Translations under genes and position numbers: made by a program | The notes under the pieces: model-generated | What the model saw: the letters and a program-made list of their open reading frames with translations, nothing else | Database searches by the model: none | What the model was told of the DNA's origin: nothing | Source: Mobula hypostoma | Taxonomy: Eukaryota | Reading direction: 5' to 3' | DNA length: 64,000 bases | Assembly (NCBI RefSeq): GCF_963921235.1 | Contig: NC_086097.1 | Span: 252,466,001 to 252,530,000, forward strand | Shown: piece by piece, positions 59,687-64,000 of the stretch | How positions within the stretch are numbered: the first letter of the stretch is position 1 | How the letters are laid out: the number at the start of each line of letters is the position of its first letter

Positions 59687-62600
59687 GTGGTACGTTGTGG
59701 TACATATACGTACCAATGACATAAGTAGGAAAAGGGAAGAGGTCCTGAAAGGAGAATATAGAGAGTTAGAAAGGGAGTTGAGAAAAAGGACTACAAAGGT
59801 AGTAATCTCGGGATTACTGCCTGTGCCACGCGACAGTGAGAGTAGGAATGCAATGAGGTGGAGGATAAATGCGTGGCTGAGGGATTGGAGCAGGGGGCAG
59901 GGATTCAAGTTTTTGGATCATTGGGACCTCTTTTGGCGCAGGTGTGACCTGTACAAAAAGGACCGGTTACACTTAAATCCTAGGGGGACCAATATCCTGG
60001 CAGGGAGATTTGCGAGGGCTACTGAGGTGACTTTGAACTAGAATGGTTGTGGGGGGGGTGGTGGGAATCAAATTAAAGAGACTAGGAGAGAGGAGGTTAG
60101 TTCACAACAGGGGGATGGGAACAAGTGCACAGAGACAGAGGGGTGTAAAATGAGGGTAGAAGCAAAAAGTAGTAAGGTGAAAAGTAAAACTGGCAGGCTG
60201 GCAAATCCAGGTTAAAAATCAAGAAGGACCACTTTTCAACATAATTGTATAAGGGCTAGAAGTGTTGTGAAAGCAAGCCTGAAGGCTTTGTGAGTCAATG
60301 CAAGGAGCATTCGTAACAAGGTGGATGAATTAAAACTGCAGATTGTTATTAATGAATATGATATAGTTGGGATCACAGAGAGATGGCTCCAGGGTGGCCA
60401 AGGATGGGAGCTCAACATTCAGGAGGGATAGACATGAAAGAAAAGGAGGTGGGGTAGCATTGCTGGTTAGAGAGGAGATTAACGCAATAGAAAGGAAGGA
60501 CATTAGCCGGGAGGATGTGGAATCGCTATGGGTAGAGCTGTATAACACTAAGAAAATGGCAGAAAACGCTGGTGGGAGTTGTGTACAGGCCACCTAACAG
60601 TAGTAGTGAGGTTGGGGATGGCATTAAACAGGAAATTAGAAATGCGTGCAATAGAAGAACAGCAGTTATAATGGGTGACTTCAATCTACATATAGATTGG
60701 GTGAACCAAATTGGTAAAGGTGCTGAGGAAGAGGATTTCTTGGAATGTATGCAGGATGGTTTTTTGAACCAACATGTCGAGGAACCAACTAGAGAGCAGG
60801 CTATTCTAGACTGGGTATTGAGCAATGAGGAAGGGTTAATTAGCAATCTTGTCGTGAGAGGCCCCTTGGGTAAGAGTGACCATAATATGGTGGAATTCTT
60901 CATTAAGATGGAGAGTGACATAGTTAATTCAGAAACAAAGGTTCTGAACTTGAAGGGTAACTTTGAAGGTATGAGATGTGAATTAGCTAAAATAGACTGG
61001 CAAATGATACTTAAAGGGTTGAGGGTGGATATGCAATGGCAAGCATTTAAAGATCGCATGGATGAACTACAACAATTGTTCATCCCAGTTTGGCAAAAGA
61101 ATAAATCAGGGAAGGTAGTGCACCCATGGCTGACAAGGGAAATTAGGGATAGTATCAATTCCAAAGGAGAAGCATACAAGTTAGCCAGAAAAAGCGGCTC
61201 ACCTGAGGACTGGGAGAAATTCAGCAGAGGAGGACAAAGGGCTTAATTAGGAAAGGGAAAAAAAGATTATGAGAGAAAACTGGCAGGGAACATAAAAACT
61301 GACTGTAAAAGCTTTTATAGATATGTGAAAAGAAAAAGATTGGTCAAGACAAATGTAGGTCCCCTACAGACAGAAACAGGTGAATTGATTATGGGGAACA
61401 AGGACATGGCAGACCAATTGAGTAACTACTTTGGTTCTGTCTTCACTAAGGAGGACATAAATAATCTTCCGAAAATAGTAGGGGACAGAGGGTCTAGTGA
61501 GATGGAGGAACTCAGGGAAATACATGTTAGTAGGGAAGTGGTGTTAGGTAAATTGAAGGGATTAATGGCAGATAAATCCCCAGGGTCAGATGGTCTGCAT
61601 CCCAGAGTGCTTAAGGAAGTAGCCCAAGAAATAGTGGTTGCATTAGTGATAATTTTTCAAAACCCTTTAGATTCTGGACTAGTTCCTGAGGATTGGAGGG
61701 TGGCTAATGTAAACCCCGCCTTTTAAAAAAGGAGGGAGAGAGAAACCAGGGATTTATAGACCGGTTAGCCTAACATCGGTGATGGGGAAAATGCTAGAGT
61801 CAGTTATCAAAGATGTGATAACAGCACAGTTGAAATGCGGCGAAATCATCGGACAAAGTCAGCATGGATTTGTGAAAGGAATATCATGTCTGACGAATCT
61901 CACAGAATTTTTTGAGGATGTAACTAGTAGAGTGGTTAGGGGAGAACCAGTGGATGTGGTATATTTGGATTTTCAAAAGGCTTTTGACACGGTCCCACAC
62001 AGGATATTAGTGTGCAAACTTAAAGCACACAGTATAGGGGGTAAGGTATTGATGTGGATAGAGAATTGGTTGGCAGACAGGAAGCAAAGAGTGGGAATAA
62101 GCGGGACTTTTTCAGAATGGCAGGCAGTGACTAGTGGGGTACTGCAAGGCTCAGTGCTGGGATCCCAGTTGTTTACAATATATATTAATGTCTTAGATGA
62201 GGGAATTAAATGCAGCATCTCCAAGTCTGCGGATGACACGAAGCTGGGCGGCAGTGTTAGCTGTGAGGAGGATGCTAAGAGGATGCAGGGTGACTTGGAT
62301 AGGTTAGGTGAGTGGGCAAATTCATGGCAGATGCAATTTAATGTGGATAAATGTGAGGTTATCCACTTCGGTGGCAAAAGCAGGAAAACAGATTATTATC
62401 TGAATGGTGGCCGATTAGGAAAAAGGGAGGTGCAACGAGACCTGGGTGTCATTATACACCAGTCATTGAAAGTGGGCATGCAGGTACAGAAGGCGGTGAA
62501 AAAGGCGAATGGTATGCTGGCATTCATAGCAAGAGGATTCGAGTACAGGAGCAGGGAGGTACTACTGCAGTTGTACAAGGCCTTGGTGAGACCACACCTG

Positions 62601-63158
62601 GAGTATTGTGTGCAGTTTTGGTCCCCTAATCTGAGGAAAGACATTCTTGCCATGGAGGGAGTACAAAGAAGGTTCACCAGATTGATTCCTGGGATGGCAG
62701 GACTTTCATATGATGAAAGACTGGATCGACTAGGCTTATACTCTCTGGAATTTAGAGGATTGAGGGGGGATCTTATTGAAACGTATAAAATCCTAAAGGG
62801 ATTGGACAGGCTAGATGCAGGAAGATTGTTCCCGATGTTGGGGAAGTCCAGAACGAGGGGTCACATTTTGAGGATAAAGGGGAAGCCTTTTAGGACCAAG
62901 ATTAGGAAAAACTTCTTCACACTGAGAGTGGTGAATCTGGGGAATTCTCTGCCACAGGAAACAGTTGAGGCCAGTTCACTGGCTATATTTAAGAGCGAGT
63001 TAGATATGGCCCTTGTGGCTAAAGAGATCAGAGGGTATGGAGGGAAGGCTGGTACAGGGTTCTGAGTTGGATGATCAGCCATGATCATACTGAATGGCGG
63101 TGCAGGCTCAAAGGGCCGAATGGCCTACTCCTGCATCTATTTTCTATGCTTCTATGTT
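59687..63158 (+). mobile_element. Longest, more diverged CR1 family-A copy (copy 5): ORF1 esterase end plus disrupted ORF2
   Basis: ORF1 SGNH/GDSL-esterase blocks (VVHIRTND, DRLHLN) at 59687-60041. APE and RT carry frameshifts and the RT motif reads KSADD. Tail present. Confidence 0.96.
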
Positions 63159-64000
63159 TAGGTCTTTCAGCTTTTTGAGCACCTTCTCCCTTGTAATAGT
63201 AACTGCACTCACTTCTCTTCCCCCACACCCTTCAACAGCTGGCACACTGCTAGTCTCTTCCACAGTGAAGACTGATGCAAAGTACTCATTTAGTTCGTCT
63301 GCCACCTCCTTGTCCCCCGTTATTATTTCTAGAGGTCCTATATCCACTCTCGTCTCTTATATTTCTTATATACTTGAAAAAGCTTTTTCAATCCACCTTG
63401 ATAAATGCTTAGATTGGCAGAGTTTTGTTCCTAATGCTTGTCAATATGTATGGAGGGAAGCACTATTGGGGCTGAATGCTCCATGGCCATTCTGCAGTAA
63501 CAACATGATCACTGACCAGAGCTTTGAAACTTTGAGGCTTATCAATTATTTTTAATTAGCCACAGGGCACAGCATCTTCAAACAGTAAGTGTTTATTATC
63601 TTCACATTTACACTGCTGTAATTACATCAATTTATCGCTAGTGTGTCTAGGAACAGCACCTGTATGTGTGACATTAGAGATAGAATGAAACCTGTTCTCT
63701 GAAGAGAAGCAGCATACATTTCAAATATACTAATGTCCCTAGACCACTCTGATGACAAGATACACAAAATGCAGAAAGTGACAGAGTTCATTTCTAGGTC
63801 GGTTTGAGGTAGTTGGAACTTCTGGAGCAGCTCGCGAGAGTTAAATTTATTCTCAGCAATGCAGCACTTGGAAGAGAATAACAATCTAGATGTCACACTC
63901 TAGGCTTCTATTTACTGATCTTTACTGAAACGCACGCTTGTGTTCTCACTGGAGAGTATCAGAACTGGTTTTGGAGTTATTTCTTGTATTTGTTGCCTAA

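Larger units (their letters stand above)
56185..63385 (-). mobile_element. Old CR1 split into 56185-56747, 58682-59686 and 63156-63385 by Rex1 and CR1-A insertions
   Basis: Colinear minus-strand peptides (FVAKFADDTK, WKIANVTPLFKKGG, VADELNEYFASVF). Confidence 0.85.

Noticed and set aside
63805..63816. let-7-like TGAGGTAGTTGG
   Set aside because: Similarity ends after 12 nt and I see no complementary star arm forming a pre-miRNA.

Overview
Eukaryotic, very repeat-dense DNA. A cartilaginous fish (ray/skate/shark-like) is inferred from the mix of CR1 LINEs, Rex1/Babar LINEs, V-domain (HE1-type) SINEs and Penelope remnants. Most ORFs in the supplied track are CR1 or Rex1 reverse-transcriptase fragments or their antisense shadows. 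The one recognisable host gene is cfap418 (C8orf37): its last three coding exons are on the minus strand (52860-52925, 52247-52342, 40628-40781), and I found no upstream exons inside the window. Three phase-compatible candidate exons of an unidentified plus-strand gene lie at 4505-5175. The most notable observations are: (1) a dense sense-strand A-to-G cluster at the 3' end of a young CR1 copy, plus an A-to-G bias across that CR1 lineage, suggesting ADAR-edited RNAs being retrotransposed; (2) minimal hammerhead-ribozyme motifs in a palindromic Penelope-derived short element; (3) two complementary halves of one hAT transposase gene in opposite orientation 22 kb apart, consistent with an old inversion; (4) many nested insertions with visible 4-10 bp target-site duplications. 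There is no CRISPR array, rRNA or true tRNA gene. Repeat boundaries were read by eye and are approximate unless a TSD, TIR or splice site is quoted. CR1 'family' letters are my own working labels.
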